Of a DNA stretch of 64,000 nucleotides, positions 24,704-34,035 are shown in pieces; position 1 is the first letter of the stretch; every line of letters starts with the position of its first letter. Made by a program: the position numbers and the translations under genes. The stretch spans positions 6,986-70,985 of the forward strand of contig JBMOOO010000014.1 of assembly GCA_049324475.1 (NCBI GenBank). Reading direction: 5' to 3'. Origin of the DNA: Pseudomonadota bacterium. GTDB taxonomy: Bacteria > Pseudomonadota > Gammaproteobacteria > Pseudomonadales > JADFDG01. The notes beneath the pieces were generated by a model. The model was not told the DNA's origin, ran no database searches, and was given only the letters and a program-made list of their open reading frames with translations.

Positions 24704-26815
24704 TCAGGCCTCGGCATCCACACCCAGCAATTCGCCCAGCGGTCGTGGCTTGCCCACGCCGTAACCCTGCGCGTAATCGACGCCGAATCCGCGCAGCACA
24801 GTCACCAGCGCATCGTTCTCGACGAACTCGGCAATGGTTTTCAGCTGCATCGTGCGCGCCACTTCCGCGGTCGCCTTCACCACCGCCTGGTCGAAGGACG
24901 AGCTTTCCAGCGTCTTGATGAAACCACCGTCGATCTTCAGGTAATCGAACGGGAAGGACTTCAGATAGTCGAAGGTGGCGAGACCGGTGCCAAAATCGTC
25001 CAGCGAAACACTGGCGCCGAACTCGCGCAGGCTTTCGATCAGCCGCCGGGCATGCTCACGGCTGGCAATGGCCTGGCTCTCGGTGATCTCGAAGCACAGC
25101 TTCTGCGGCGCGATGCCGTATTTCTGCACGGTCTGCCGGATCCACGGCGACAGCGCCGGATCGCTGACCGACCAGCCGGTGAGATTGATCGCGCACTTGG
25201 CAAGCTTTGCCGTGGCTTGCGGCTGTGCGGCCAGGAATGCCAGCAGCCGCTCGATCACATAACGGTCGATGGCGCCGGTCAGCTGCGCGCGCTCCGCGGC
25301 AGGCAGAAAATGCCCGGGCGGCAGGATACTGCCGTCACGCTCGCGCAGGCGCAGCAGGATCTCGCAGTGCAGCCCGTCATCAGCACCGCTCAGCGGCACG
25401 ATGGGCTGTGCATACAACACGAAACGCTGTTCCTGCAGCGCCGCCTTCACCTGTTCCTGCCGCCGGACCAGATCGCGACGCTCGGCCACCAGGTCTCGCT
25501 CGCCGGAGGCCACCTCAATGCGCACGCCGGTGCGCGTGGATGCCATCGCCAGTGCCAGGTTGGCCGCGAGCAGCACTTCCTCCACGTCGCGATCGCCCAC
25601 CGGCACCACGGCGATGGTCGGGCGCAATGCGACCACGTCGTGTTCGCCGCGGAACAGCCGGTTGTCGAGCGTGTCGTAGAACGACTGCGCGATGCGACGA
25701 CCACCCGCAGCGTCCTCGCCCGGCAACAGGATGGCGAAGCGCCCGCGGTCCAGTCGCATCGCCTCGTTGCCGTAACGCTGCGGCAGGTCACGCGCCAGCC
25801 CGGTTTCCAGTTCTTCCGTGGCAGCGGCGCCGAGCAGGTCGGCAACGCTGCTGATGTCCTCGATGCGCGCCATCATCAGGCAGGCCTGCTGCCCCTGCAG
25901 CAGCGCCAGCCGTTCACGCAATGCCCGTTCGTTGCCGAGGCCGGTCAGCACGTCGCGGCGGGCAAGATCGCGCTCGCGCTGCAGCATCTCGTTGCGCTCC
26001 ACCGACACCGCGTTCAGCAGCTGTGCCAGCACGGTGAGGCCGGCGATCCGCAGCACCAGCTCAAGCACGTCACGGTTGGAATCCATCGGCCCGGCGCTCA
26101 GGGCCACGGCCAGCATGGTGGACATCAGCAACAGCACGGCCAGATGCAGGAAGGCCGGTCGCGCCCGCATGGCCGGCCAGGCGATCAGCAGGCCGGCCAG
26201 CAGCACGACCACATCACGGATGTCGCTGCGCACGAACAGGGTGAGCCCGAACACCGCCAGTGACACCAGCAGCCAGCGGACTGCCAGCTCGCGGTCCGGC
26301 CACAAGGCGGCGAAGCCGTCACGTGCCAGCGTGCGCGTGAGCAGGCCGAACAGCAGCGCCCCCATCGATTCGGAAACCCAGAAGGCGAAGAACAGTTCGC
26401 CGAAGGCCATGTCGCGGTACAGGCCGGCCCAGTGGAAACCGGCAGCACCGACCAGCGCACTGACCGTGGCGCCGGCACCGACGCCGGCCACATAGAAACG
26501 GGCAATGCGCCCGAGGGCACCGCGACCCAGACCCGCCAGCCCGCGGAAGACGAGCACGCCGGCCGCCGTGCCGGCCGCGATTTCCAGCGAGGCCACGGGT
26601 ACCAGCAGCAGGCTCTGGCCCGTGGCCACGACCCAGACCGCGAACCCGGCCAGCACCGCCAGCAGCCCGGACCCGCCGCGCGCCAGCACCAGGCCCAGGG
26701 CAAGTCCCAGCGGCGGCCACACCAGCGAGGCGTCACCGGTGGCCGACACCCAGCGGGACAGACCGATGGCCAGGGCCGTGCCGGTCGCGGCCAGCAGGAA
26801 CTGCCATGCATTCAT
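24704..26815 (-). CDS. MASE1 membrane sensor - degenerate GGDEF - EAL phosphodiesterase
   Basis: Start taken at MNAWQFLL (26815); 26842 is an alternative. The N-terminal multi-TM region has WPPLGLALGLVL (MASE1-like). The GGDEF position reads RLDRGRF. The EAL domain is intact: EILLRL, FEITES, SLDDFGTG, KIDGGFI, AEFVEN and YAQGY. Confidence 0.8.
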   Translation of the reverse strand: MNAWQFLLAATGTALAIGLSRWVSATGDASLVWPPLGLALGLVLARGGSGLLAVLAGFAVWVVATGQSLLLVPVASLEIAAGTAAGVLVFRGLAGLGRGALGRIARFYVAGVGAGATVSALVGAAGFHWAGLYRDMAFGELFFAFWVSESMGALLFGLLTRTLARDGFAALWPDRELAVRWLLVSLAVFGLTLFVRSDIRDVVVLLAGLLIAWPAMRARPAFLHLAVLLLMSTMLAVALSAGPMDSNRDVLELVLRIAGLTVLAQLLNAVSVERNEMLQRERDLARRDVLTGLGNERALRERLALLQGQQACLMMARIEDISSVADLLGAAATEELETGLARDLPQRYGNEAMRLDRGRFAILLPGEDAAGGRRIAQSFYDTLDNRLFRGEHDVVALRPTIAVVPVGDRDVEEVLLAANLALAMASTRTGVRIEVASGERDLVAERRDLVRRQEQVKAALQEQRFVLYAQPIVPLSGADDGLHCEILLRLRERDGSILPPGHFLPAAERAQLTGAIDRYVIERLLAFLAAQPQATAKLAKCAINLTGWSVSDPALSPWIRQTVQKYGIAPQKLCFEITESQAIASREHARRLIESLREFGASVSLDDFGTGLATFDYLKSFPFDYLKIDGGFIKTLESSSFDQAVVKATAEVARTMQLKTIAEFVENDALVTVLRGFGVDYAQGYGVGKPRPLGELLGVDAEA

Positions 26816-27001
26816 GCCCTGCACCGCTTTTTCTTCGCCCATGCCACCCCCGCCCGCCGAACCTGCATCTTCGCCGGCCCGGGCCGGGCCGGCCACCGGC
26901 AACGGCGTGCATCCGTCAGCCCCTGCGACCGGCGATTCCACCGGTCACGGCCGATCAGTACACTGTGCGCCGCTTTCGACCCGCCCAGCCGGAAACCCGC
27001 C

Positions 27002-27559
27002 ATGAAACCGATGAATCCCGCTCCGCACATTGCCAGCTTCATTTTCCTCAGCCGCTGGCTGCAGGCGCCGCTCTATCTCGGCCTGATCGTGGCGCAGGGC
27101 GTGTATGTGGTGAAGTTCATGCAGGAGCTGGCGCACCTGGTGACCGGCTTCAACACGCTGTCCCACACCGACATCCTGCTGCTGGTGCTTGGCCTGATCG
27201 ACGTGGTGATGATCGCCAACCTGCTGATCATGGTGATACTCGGCGGCTACGAGATCTTCGTTTCACGCCTGCACATCGACAAGCATCCCGACCAGCCCGA
27301 CTGGCTGAACCATGTCGATGCCGGCATGCTGAAAGTGAAACTGGCGATGAGCCTGATCGGCATTTCTTCCATTCACCTGCTGCGTTCCTTCATCGACGCC
27401 GGCAACCTCAGCGAGCACCAGCTGAAGTGGGAAGTGATCATCCACTGCGTGCTGGTCGGCTCCGCCGTGTTCCTTGCAGTGACCGACCGCATGATGATGG
27501 TGCTGGGTCACTCCCGCCCCACCGGCAACGGCGCTCACTCGGGCAACGCCACACACTGA
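27002..27559 (+). CDS. yqhA: UPF0114 family inner-membrane protein
   Basis: In-frame ATG at 27002. It is co-linear with E. coli YqhA: SRWLQAPLYLGL, GGYEIFVSRL and IGISSIHLLRSFID. Confidence 0.8.
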   Translation: MKPMNPAPHIASFIFLSRWLQAPLYLGLIVAQGVYVVKFMQELAHLVTGFNTLSHTDILLLVLGLIDVVMIANLLIMVILGGYEIFVSRLHIDKHPDQPDWLNHVDAGMLKVKLAMSLIGISSIHLLRSFIDAGNLSEHQLKWEVIIHCVLVGSAVFLAVTDRMMMVLGHSRPTGNGAHSGNATH

Positions 27560-27581
27560 TGCGCTGACGGCGCGCGGTCCG

Positions 27582-28397
27582 CTATCGCAGGGGCCGCGGC
27601 AGGGTTGCCGATTCCAGGCGGCAGCTGCGCAGTTCGCAGCGTATGACGTGGCGGCGGTTGTCGCAGGCCGCCACGTACAGTTCCTGCGATTCGGTTTCTT
27701 CCAGCTGGACCAGTACCGGATTGCGGCACTGGCGTGACGCCAGCAGTTTTTCCGCCTGCAACAGCGACGTACCGGTGCGATAGCCCGCCACCCGCTCGCG
27801 ACCGCTGACCGGCACGGCCAGCGCCGCAGCATCGAACACCGCTGCCGTGGCACCGCCGGAACCGCCCAGGCCTTCCCGGCGCAGGGCCGCCATGGCCGGC
27901 GTGTCGAGGGCGATGTCCTGGCCGCTGTCGTCATAGCGCGCCAGCTCGAAACTGCAGATGCGTGCCTGCCCGGCAGCATCGCGGGCGGCAGCGCCCGGTG
28001 CACCGCGCACGGCCTGCCCGGCAGCATGCAGGGCATCGACACGCAGGCCGACGGCAGGCAGGACCGACAGTTCGGCAGCGAGCGGCGCCAGCGGCGTACG
28101 GGCCAGGGCAGCGGCATCGGCCGCCAGCGCGGCACGGTAACGGGCATCGGCTGCGCTGAGCAGCGAGGCCTGCCGCCCGCGCCAGTCGGCTTCCAGCACG
28201 GCAACCCGGCCGCGCCAGTCATCGTCGATGGCGGAACAGATCCGGCCGAACGCTTCCAGCCGCAGCGACGCAGCCAGCACCTGCGCAACGGCCGTGTCGT
28301 ATTCCTGCGCCGTGATGGCCGGCGGGACGGCAGCGCACCCGGACAACACAGCCACGGCCGCCGCTGCCACCACCATACGCCATGCCATGCCTGTCAC
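27582..28397 (-). CDS. hypothetical lipoprotein
   Basis: The N-terminus MTGMAWRMVVAAAAVAVLSGC carries a lipobox. The protein is Ala-rich but less pathological than the competing shadow ORF 27263-28288. I recognise no family. Confidence 0.5.
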   Translation of the reverse strand: MTGMAWRMVVAAAAVAVLSGCAAVPPAITAQEYDTAVAQVLAASLRLEAFGRICSAIDDDWRGRVAVLEADWRGRQASLLSAADARYRAALAADAAALARTPLAPLAAELSVLPAVGLRVDALHAAGQAVRGAPGAAARDAAGQARICSFELARYDDSGQDIALDTPAMAALRREGLGGSGGATAAVFDAAALAVPVSGRERVAGYRTGTSLLQAEKLLASRQCRNPVLVQLEETESQELYVAACDNRRHVIRCELRSCRLESATLPRPLR

Positions 28398-28436
28398 CGT
28401 TGCGTCCTGCCCTGCCGACTGCGCGGGAGCAACAGC

Positions 28437-29030
28437 CTACAGGATGCGACAGTCCTCGGCGAAATCCGGACGCGGCCCGCGCGGATGCGCCGAGCCCGGC
28501 ACGCCGTAACCGATGTTGATCAGGAAGTTGGATCTGACCGCCGTGCCGGCAAAAAATGCCTCGTCCACCTTCGCGTTGTCGAAACCGGACATGGGGCCGC
28601 AGTCCAGGCCCAGGGCACGCGCCGCCATGATGACGTAGGCACCCTGCAGCGTGGCGTTGCGGAAGGCCGTGGTCTCGGCCAGCTTCGCATTGCCCGCGAA
28701 CAGATCCCGGGCGCCGGGAAAGGACGGAAACAGGCGCGGCATTCTTTCGAAGAACGCGTAATCGGTGGCGACCACGATGGTCGCCGGAGCGGCCATCGTT
28801 TTCGCCAGGTTGCCTTCGGACAGCGCCGGTTTCAGTTTTTCCTTCGCCGCTGCCGATTTCACGAACACCAGCCGCATCGGCAGACCGTTCATGCTGGTCG
28901 GGCCCCACTTCGCGAGATCCCAGATCGCCCGCAGCTGCTCGTCGGTCACGGGCTCGTCCCGGAATTTTCCGGTGGTGCGCGCTTCCGTGAACAGCTGGCG
29001 CAGGCTTTTGTCGTCGAGCGGTGCGTTCAT
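28437..29030 (-). CDS. nitroreductase-family protein, malonic semialdehyde reductase RutE-like
   Basis: 197 aa. Motifs: FTEARTTGKF, WGPTSMNGLPMRLVFV, QGAYVIMAARALGLDCGPMSGFD and NFLINIGYG. Confidence 0.75.
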   Translation of the reverse strand: MNAPLDDKSLRQLFTEARTTGKFRDEPVTDEQLRAIWDLAKWGPTSMNGLPMRLVFVKSAAAKEKLKPALSEGNLAKTMAAPATIVVATDYAFFERMPRLFPSFPGARDLFAGNAKLAETTAFRNATLQGAYVIMAARALGLDCGPMSGFDNAKVDEAFFAGTAVRSNFLINIGYGVPGSAHPRGPRPDFAEDCRIL

Positions 29031-29067
29031 GACGGTCTCCGGTGTTGCGGCCGTTACTGCTTCAGGT

Positions 29068-29469
29068 TCACGCTTTTTTCAGTTTCGCATCCAGGCTCCA
29101 GGCACCGGCGCCGTGTGCCGCCAGGAACAGGAAGCCGCCACCGAGTGCCAGGTTCTTCATGAACATGATCTGCTGCGCGGCATCGGCCGGATTGTGGAAC
29201 AGGATGCCGGACAGGATCGAGAAACCGGCCAGGGCGATCGCGGCGATGCGGGTCTGGAAGCCGAGGATGATGGCCAGGCCGCCACCCAGCTCGGTGAGGA
29301 TCACCAGCGGCAACAGTTCGCCCGGCACGCCCTGGCTGGCCATGTAGCCGGCCGTCCCTTCATAGCTGCCGATCTTGCTGTAACCCGCCATCACGAAAAT
29401 GACGGAAATCAGGATGCGGCCGGCCAGGTCGAGCGGAGCCGCGAAGCGGTTGAAAAGATTGTCGAGCAT
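29068..29469 (-). CDS. DoxX-family membrane protein
   Basis: Start at MLDNLFNRF (29469), preceded by GGAGAA. Motifs: LAGRILISVIFVMAGYSKI, ELGGGLAIILGFQTR and GAGAWSLD. Confidence 0.8.
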   Translation of the reverse strand: MLDNLFNRFAAPLDLAGRILISVIFVMAGYSKIGSYEGTAGYMASQGVPGELLPLVILTELGGGLAIILGFQTRIAAIALAGFSILSGILFHNPADAAQQIMFMKNLALGGGFLFLAAHGAGAWSLDAKLKKA

Positions 29470-29537
29470 GTCGTTCTCCTTGTTGTCGATGGTGTGGGGT
29501 ATTGCGTGGTATTGCCGTGAAACTGTCCGGCTGCCGG

Positions 29538-30248
29538 TCAATTGCGTTCGGTAACCGGCGGCAGATCGAAAAACAGGAACTCGCTGTGCTCGCCGGCAGA
29601 CACCTGCGGCTGCGCCTCGTCGCGGATCGCCAGGCCGTCACCGGCTGCCAGCGCATGACCACCGCTCACGCTGAGCCGGCCGCGCACCATGTGCAGGTAT
29701 CCGATGCGTCCCGGCGCCAGCGGCAAGGCCAGCGTGTCACCGGCAGCCAGCACACCGCGGTGGATGCGCACGTTCTGGCGCACCGTCAGCGACCCTTCGG
29801 CACCGTCCGGCGATGCCACCAGCTGCAGGCCGGCCACGCGTTCGAAGCGTTTCTGTTCATAGCCCGGCGCACCGCCGAGCACATCCGGCAGGATCCAGAT
29901 CTGCAGGAATTTCAGCGTGTCGTTCCGCGAAGCGTTGAATTCGCTGTGATAGATGCCGCTGCCGGCGTGCATCAGCTGGAATTCGCCGGCCGGGACCTGC
30001 TCGCGGTTGCCGGTGGAATCCTCGTGGGCGATGGTGCCGTCGATCACGTAGGTCAGGATTTCCATGTCACGGTGGCCGTGGCTGCCGAAGCCGGCACCCG
30101 GGGTCACCGTGTCGTCGTTGATCACCCGCAGCGCCGAAACGCCGAGGTGGCGCGGATCAAAGTAGTCACCAAAGGAAAAACTGTGCCGGCTGTCCAGCCA
30201 GGCCAGACGGGTCTGGCCCCGGTCTTCGGCGGCGCGTACCTGGTACAT
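29538..30248 (-). CDS. pirin-family (YhhW-like, bicupin) protein
   Basis: Start at MYQVRAAEDRG (30248). Motifs: SRHSFSFGDYFDP, GFGSHGHRDMEILTYV and HSEFN. Confidence 0.85.
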   Translation of the reverse strand: MYQVRAAEDRGQTRLAWLDSRHSFSFGDYFDPRHLGVSALRVINDDTVTPGAGFGSHGHRDMEILTYVIDGTIAHEDSTGNREQVPAGEFQLMHAGSGIYHSEFNASRNDTLKFLQIWILPDVLGGAPGYEQKRFERVAGLQLVASPDGAEGSLTVRQNVRIHRGVLAAGDTLALPLAPGRIGYLHMVRGRLSVSGGHALAAGDGLAIRDEAQPQVSAGEHSEFLFFDLPPVTERN

Positions 30249-30310
30249 GGCGGGCTCCTCGGGGGTGGTTGTTCGGGGTACGGGGCCAAGATAGGAGTTG
30301 GCCCGGCGGG

Positions 30311-30329
30311 CTGAAATCGCTAATTTCAG
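30311..30329. promoter_or_regulatory. candidate LysR-type binding site
   Basis: CTGAAAT-CGCTA-ATTTCAG is a perfect 7-bp inverted repeat in the pirin/LysR divergent spacer, 26 nt upstream of the LysR ATG. Confidence 0.45.
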
Positions 30330-30354
30330 AGGATCTTGTTCAGCGGATTCGAAC

Positions 30355-31269
30355 ATGCAGCCCGTCACCCTCGACGCCCTGCGCGTACTGGACGCCATCG
30401 ACCGGCGCGGCAGCTTTGCCGCCGCGGCCCAGGAACTGCACCGGGTCACGTCGGCCGTCTCCTATGCCATCCAGAAACTGGAAGACGACATGGGCGTGGT
30501 GCTGTTCGACCGCGACGGTCACCGGGCAAAGCTCACACCGGTCGGCCGGCTGGTGCTGGAGCGCGGCCGCGAACTGCTGGCGGCAGCCGATCGCCTGGCG
30601 CTGGATGCACGCGAGCTGCACGACGGCTGGGAAACCGAATTGCGCATCGCCTTCGACAACGTGCGGGATGTCGACGTGCTGTTCCCGTTGCTGGCGGAAT
30701 TCCAGCGTGTGCGTCCGGCCACCAGCGTGCGGCTGATGGACGAAGTCATGGGCGGCGCCTGGGAAGCACTGGAAACCGATCGCGCGGACATTGTCGTGGC
30801 CGGTCTGGTGGCCTCGTCGCCGCCGGCAGGCATCCGGGTGGAAACACTCGGCACGATTCCGTTCCTGATGGCCGCCGCGCCCGGCCATCCGGTGACGCGT
30901 GAACGGCAACCGCTGGAAGACGACGTGCTGCGCCGTTACCCGGTCATTGCCGTGGCTGATTCCTCGCGCGTGCGCCCGCCGCTGACCGTCGGCCTGCTGG
31001 CGCGCCAGACAACCCTCACGGTGTCGGATTTCCGCGCCAAGGAGCAGGCGCTGATGGCCGGGCTCGGCATCGGGACACTGCCGGAAAACCGGCTGGCACC
31101 GCTGGTGGCGGCCGGCAGGCTGGTGGTGTTGCGCACGGCGAGCCTGCGTGAACCCGGCAACTTTGTCATGGCCTGGAAAGGCAGCGGTGGCGGCCGTGCA
31201 CGGCGCTGGTTTCTGGAACGCATTCCGGATGCCTGGTCCGTGACCGATCAGTCACGCAATGTTTCGTGA
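30355..31269 (+). CDS. LysR-family transcriptional regulator
   Basis: In-frame ATG at 30355. The HTH reads LRVLDAIDRRGSFAAAAQELHRVTSAVSYAIQKLEDDMGVVLFDR. It is divergent from the pirin-DoxX-nitroreductase operon. Confidence 0.88.
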   Translation: MQPVTLDALRVLDAIDRRGSFAAAAQELHRVTSAVSYAIQKLEDDMGVVLFDRDGHRAKLTPVGRLVLERGRELLAAADRLALDARELHDGWETELRIAFDNVRDVDVLFPLLAEFQRVRPATSVRLMDEVMGGAWEALETDRADIVVAGLVASSPPAGIRVETLGTIPFLMAAAPGHPVTRERQPLEDDVLRRYPVIAVADSSRVRPPLTVGLLARQTTLTVSDFRAKEQALMAGLGIGTLPENRLAPLVAAGRLVVLRTASLREPGNFVMAWKGSGGGRARRWFLERIPDAWSVTDQSRNVS

Positions 31270-31389
31270 GCAGAGGCTGAGCGCCAAGGCTTGGAGGCCC
31301 GACAAGCCGCCCGTATAGTGCGAAAAAACGTCGGTCCGCCGTGCCCGGCAACCGCGATAACAACAAAGAACACTCGATGGAGCCTTCGA

Positions 31390-32664
31390 ATGGCAGTCCC
31401 CGCTCGCTCCCGCTGGCACGCGCTTTCCCTCCCGGTCTCCCTCCTGCTGCTTCTTTCCCTGGTCAGTCCTGCCCACGCTGCGCCGGCCGGTGCACGGCCG
31501 GCCGGCATCGGCACGGACACCGAGACCGTCGAGGAAGGCGAAGCCGAGTTCGATGAAATCGAGGCCCTGAAGGCCAAGGCCGCCCAGGAAGGCGACTGGG
31601 GGCAGTCCAAGGAAGACGAGGTCAAGGTCAACGAACGCATCTTCACCAAGACCTGGAACAAGGCCCCGTTCGGTTCCGACGCCTTCGACATGACACCGGA
31701 ACAGATCCAGGCGAACTGGGGCGACATCATGCGCGCCATCCGCGTGCCCTATCCGTCGCCGGAATACCTGCGCACCCGTTCCGAACGTTTCCCGGTGTTC
31801 AAGCAGAGCGTCCCGAATTTCAACGGTGACTACGAAGAACTGTCCCGCAACGTCATCAATGTCTGGCGGCTGTTCTTCCGCGGCGACTTCCAGGAAGCCG
31901 AGCGCGAGGGCGACAAGTACGGCGTGGCCGGCATGATCCCGGGCAAGGTCTCGCAGATGATCTATGCGGTCTATCTGGAGCCGAACCTGGCCGACAAGCA
32001 CATGCTGCTGCAGGACGTGGCCAACACCGTGCGTGAGTACAGCACGGCCGTCGACCAGATGAAAAAGGAAAAGCAGTTCCAGGCCGACTACATCATCCTG
32101 CGCGTGGGCTACTCCTACTCGATCGGCCGCATCGCCGAGGACGTGCCCATCCCGGTTGCCATCGGCCGCAACTACGTGTTCAAGCTGCTGGGCGCCACCA
32201 ACGACATCCTTGAACTCGATCCGGACAACCCGCTGGGCCTGGCCTTCCGCGCCGGCATCGACGCCAACGTGGTGCGCAAGGTCGGCAAGGCCACCGGCCG
32301 GGTTACCTTCGGTGCCAAGCAGACCAACGTGAAGAGCTACTTCGACCGCGTGCTGAAGGACGTCCCGGACTGGGCCATCCTGCGCTACGAATATGCCAAC
32401 GCCCTGCTGTACATGGACAAGAAGCGCCAGATCGACGAAGCACTGGCCCAGTTCCAGGAGGCCAGCAAGGCGCGCCCGCGTATCGCCATGGAAGCACTGG
32501 ACGCCATGTACGCCGCCAAGCGCCGCAAGGAAGTCGAGGCCCTGTCCCGCTGGTCCGGCAGCTTCCGCTCGTTCGAACGCAAGCGCCTGAAATACCAGAA
32601 GGACAACAACATCAACCTGTACTGCGTACTGCCGAAGGTCTGCCCGGCGTATATCATCCAGTAA
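31390..32664 (+). CDS. hypothetical secreted protein (about 425 aa)
   Basis: ATG at 31390 with GGAG 8 nt upstream. Signal peptide MAVPARSRWHALSLPVSLLLLLSLVSPAHA. The mature part is acidic and Lys-rich and ends with two Cys (YCVLPKVCPAYIIQ). I recognise no family. Confidence 0.65.
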   Translation: MAVPARSRWHALSLPVSLLLLLSLVSPAHAAPAGARPAGIGTDTETVEEGEAEFDEIEALKAKAAQEGDWGQSKEDEVKVNERIFTKTWNKAPFGSDAFDMTPEQIQANWGDIMRAIRVPYPSPEYLRTRSERFPVFKQSVPNFNGDYEELSRNVINVWRLFFRGDFQEAEREGDKYGVAGMIPGKVSQMIYAVYLEPNLADKHMLLQDVANTVREYSTAVDQMKKEKQFQADYIILRVGYSYSIGRIAEDVPIPVAIGRNYVFKLLGATNDILELDPDNPLGLAFRAGIDANVVRKVGKATGRVTFGAKQTNVKSYFDRVLKDVPDWAILRYEYANALLYMDKKRQIDEALAQFQEASKARPRIAMEALDAMYAAKRRKEVEALSRWSGSFRSFERKRLKYQKDNNINLYCVLPKVCPAYIIQ

Positions 32665-32704
32665 GCCGGCCCGGCGCGGGTCTGCGTCTGGAGACCCGCA
32701 CGCC

Positions 32705-33298
32705 GTGAGCCGCTTCCTTGCCTACCTGAGCCGCCTGCGCCACATCGTGCGCTGGGGGCTCAAGCGCAACACCGCACCGGAAAATGTCGTCGAACACAGC
32801 TGGGAAGTGGCGGTCATCGCCCACCTGCTGGCCAATGTCCGCAACACCTACTTCGGCGACCGGCTCGACGCCAATGCCGTCGCGGCCGCTGCCCTGTTCC
32901 ACGACGCCAGCGAAGTGCTGACCGGTGACATGCCGTCGCCGGTGAAATACCACTCTCCGGAAATCACCCGCGCCTACAAGGCCATCGAACACCGGGCCCA
33001 GCTGGAACTCTGGCGGCAACTGCCGCCGGAACTGCAACCGGCCTACCGGCCGCTGCTGCTGGATGACGACCTGCCGGCCGCACACCACGAACTGATCAAG
33101 ATCGCTGATACGCTGTCCGCGCTGCTGAAGTGCCGCCACGAGATGCGCGCCGGCAACCACGAGTTCGCGACCGCCCTGGCCGATATCGCCATGCGGGCGG
33201 AGAAGCTGGCGGAAACGCGTCCGGAAGTGCGCTGGTTCCTCGACAACTGCGAACCGGCCTTCGACATGACCCTGGACGAATTGCTGGCGAAACGCTGA
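32705..33298 (+). CDS. yfbR: 5'-deoxynucleotidase, HD-domain
   Basis: GTG start. It is co-linear with E. coli YfbR: LSRLRHIVRW, ENVVEHSWEVAVIAH, FHDASEVLTGDMPSPVKY and IKIADTLSALLKC. Confidence 0.88.
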   Translation: MSRFLAYLSRLRHIVRWGLKRNTAPENVVEHSWEVAVIAHLLANVRNTYFGDRLDANAVAAAALFHDASEVLTGDMPSPVKYHSPEITRAYKAIEHRAQLELWRQLPPELQPAYRPLLLDDDLPAAHHELIKIADTLSALLKCRHEMRAGNHEFATALADIAMRAEKLAETRPEVRWFLDNCEPAFDMTLDELLAKR

Positions 33299-33375
33299 AA
33301 CCCGGCGTTGCCTGCTGTCGCAGGCGCGGCTTTCATGCTCTCAGGCGGGACTCTTTATTCCCGCAGGCGCGCCTC

Positions 33376-33939
33376 TTATGCGCGCAAGCGCGATTGCGGC
33401 GGAAACTGCGCGCGCAGGAATTCCATCTGGTCTCCGAGGATGCGCCGGCTGTTCACCAGCGCCAGATACTCGGCCATGTTCGGCGTGTAGGGCAGTGCCA
33501 GCAGCTCCAGGCCACACTCGTCCAGGGTCCGGCTGCCCTTGTGCTGGTTGCAGCGACGGCAGGCCGTGATCACGTTCAGCCAGGTGTCCTTGCCGCCACG
33601 CGAACGCGGATGGATGTGGTCGCGGGTCAGGTCACGGTCGTAGAACTGCTTGCCGCAGTACAGGCAGATGTTCTGGTCGCGACGGAACAGGGAGCTGTTG
33701 GTCAGCGGCGGCACCGTGCGGTAGGGAGCAAGCAGACGCCCTTCGCAGGCGATGATGCTGTGCACCTCCACCAGCGACTGCAGGCCGGTGATACGGGAGT
33801 GCCCGCCGCGGATGCGGTAGACCACGTCGCCGAGCGTCCAGCCGATCAGGTCCCGCGCATAGAGGCAGACGGCCTGCTCCCAGTCGAGCCATTCGACCGG
33901 TTGTCCCGCCATATCGACCCTCAGGATGCGCGCGGACAT
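33376..33939 (-). CDS. HNH endonuclease-domain protein
   Basis: 187 aa. The HNH/zinc motif reads CLYCGKQF...TRDHIHPRSRGG...NVITACRRCNQHKG. The N-terminal ~90 aa are uncharacterised. An alternative start is at 33912. Confidence 0.8.
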   Translation of the reverse strand: MSARILRVDMAGQPVEWLDWEQAVCLYARDLIGWTLGDVVYRIRGGHSRITGLQSLVEVHSIIACEGRLLAPYRTVPPLTNSSLFRRDQNICLYCGKQFYDRDLTRDHIHPRSRGGKDTWLNVITACRRCNQHKGSRTLDECGLELLALPYTPNMAEYLALVNSRRILGDQMEFLRAQFPPQSRLRA

Positions 33940-34035
33940 CGCCGTTTACCGCCCTGCGTTAACATACCTGCACGAAAAATCGCCCCGAGCATAACCGCGG
34001 CCCGTGACGGCTGCCAACTCGCCGGAATCCGGATC

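Noticed and set aside
33376-33939. The HNH gene as a marker of a mobile element, homing endonuclease or defence island.
   Set aside because: There are no flanking repeats, integrase, transposase, methyltransferase or compositional break. The neighbours are ordinary chromosomal genes.
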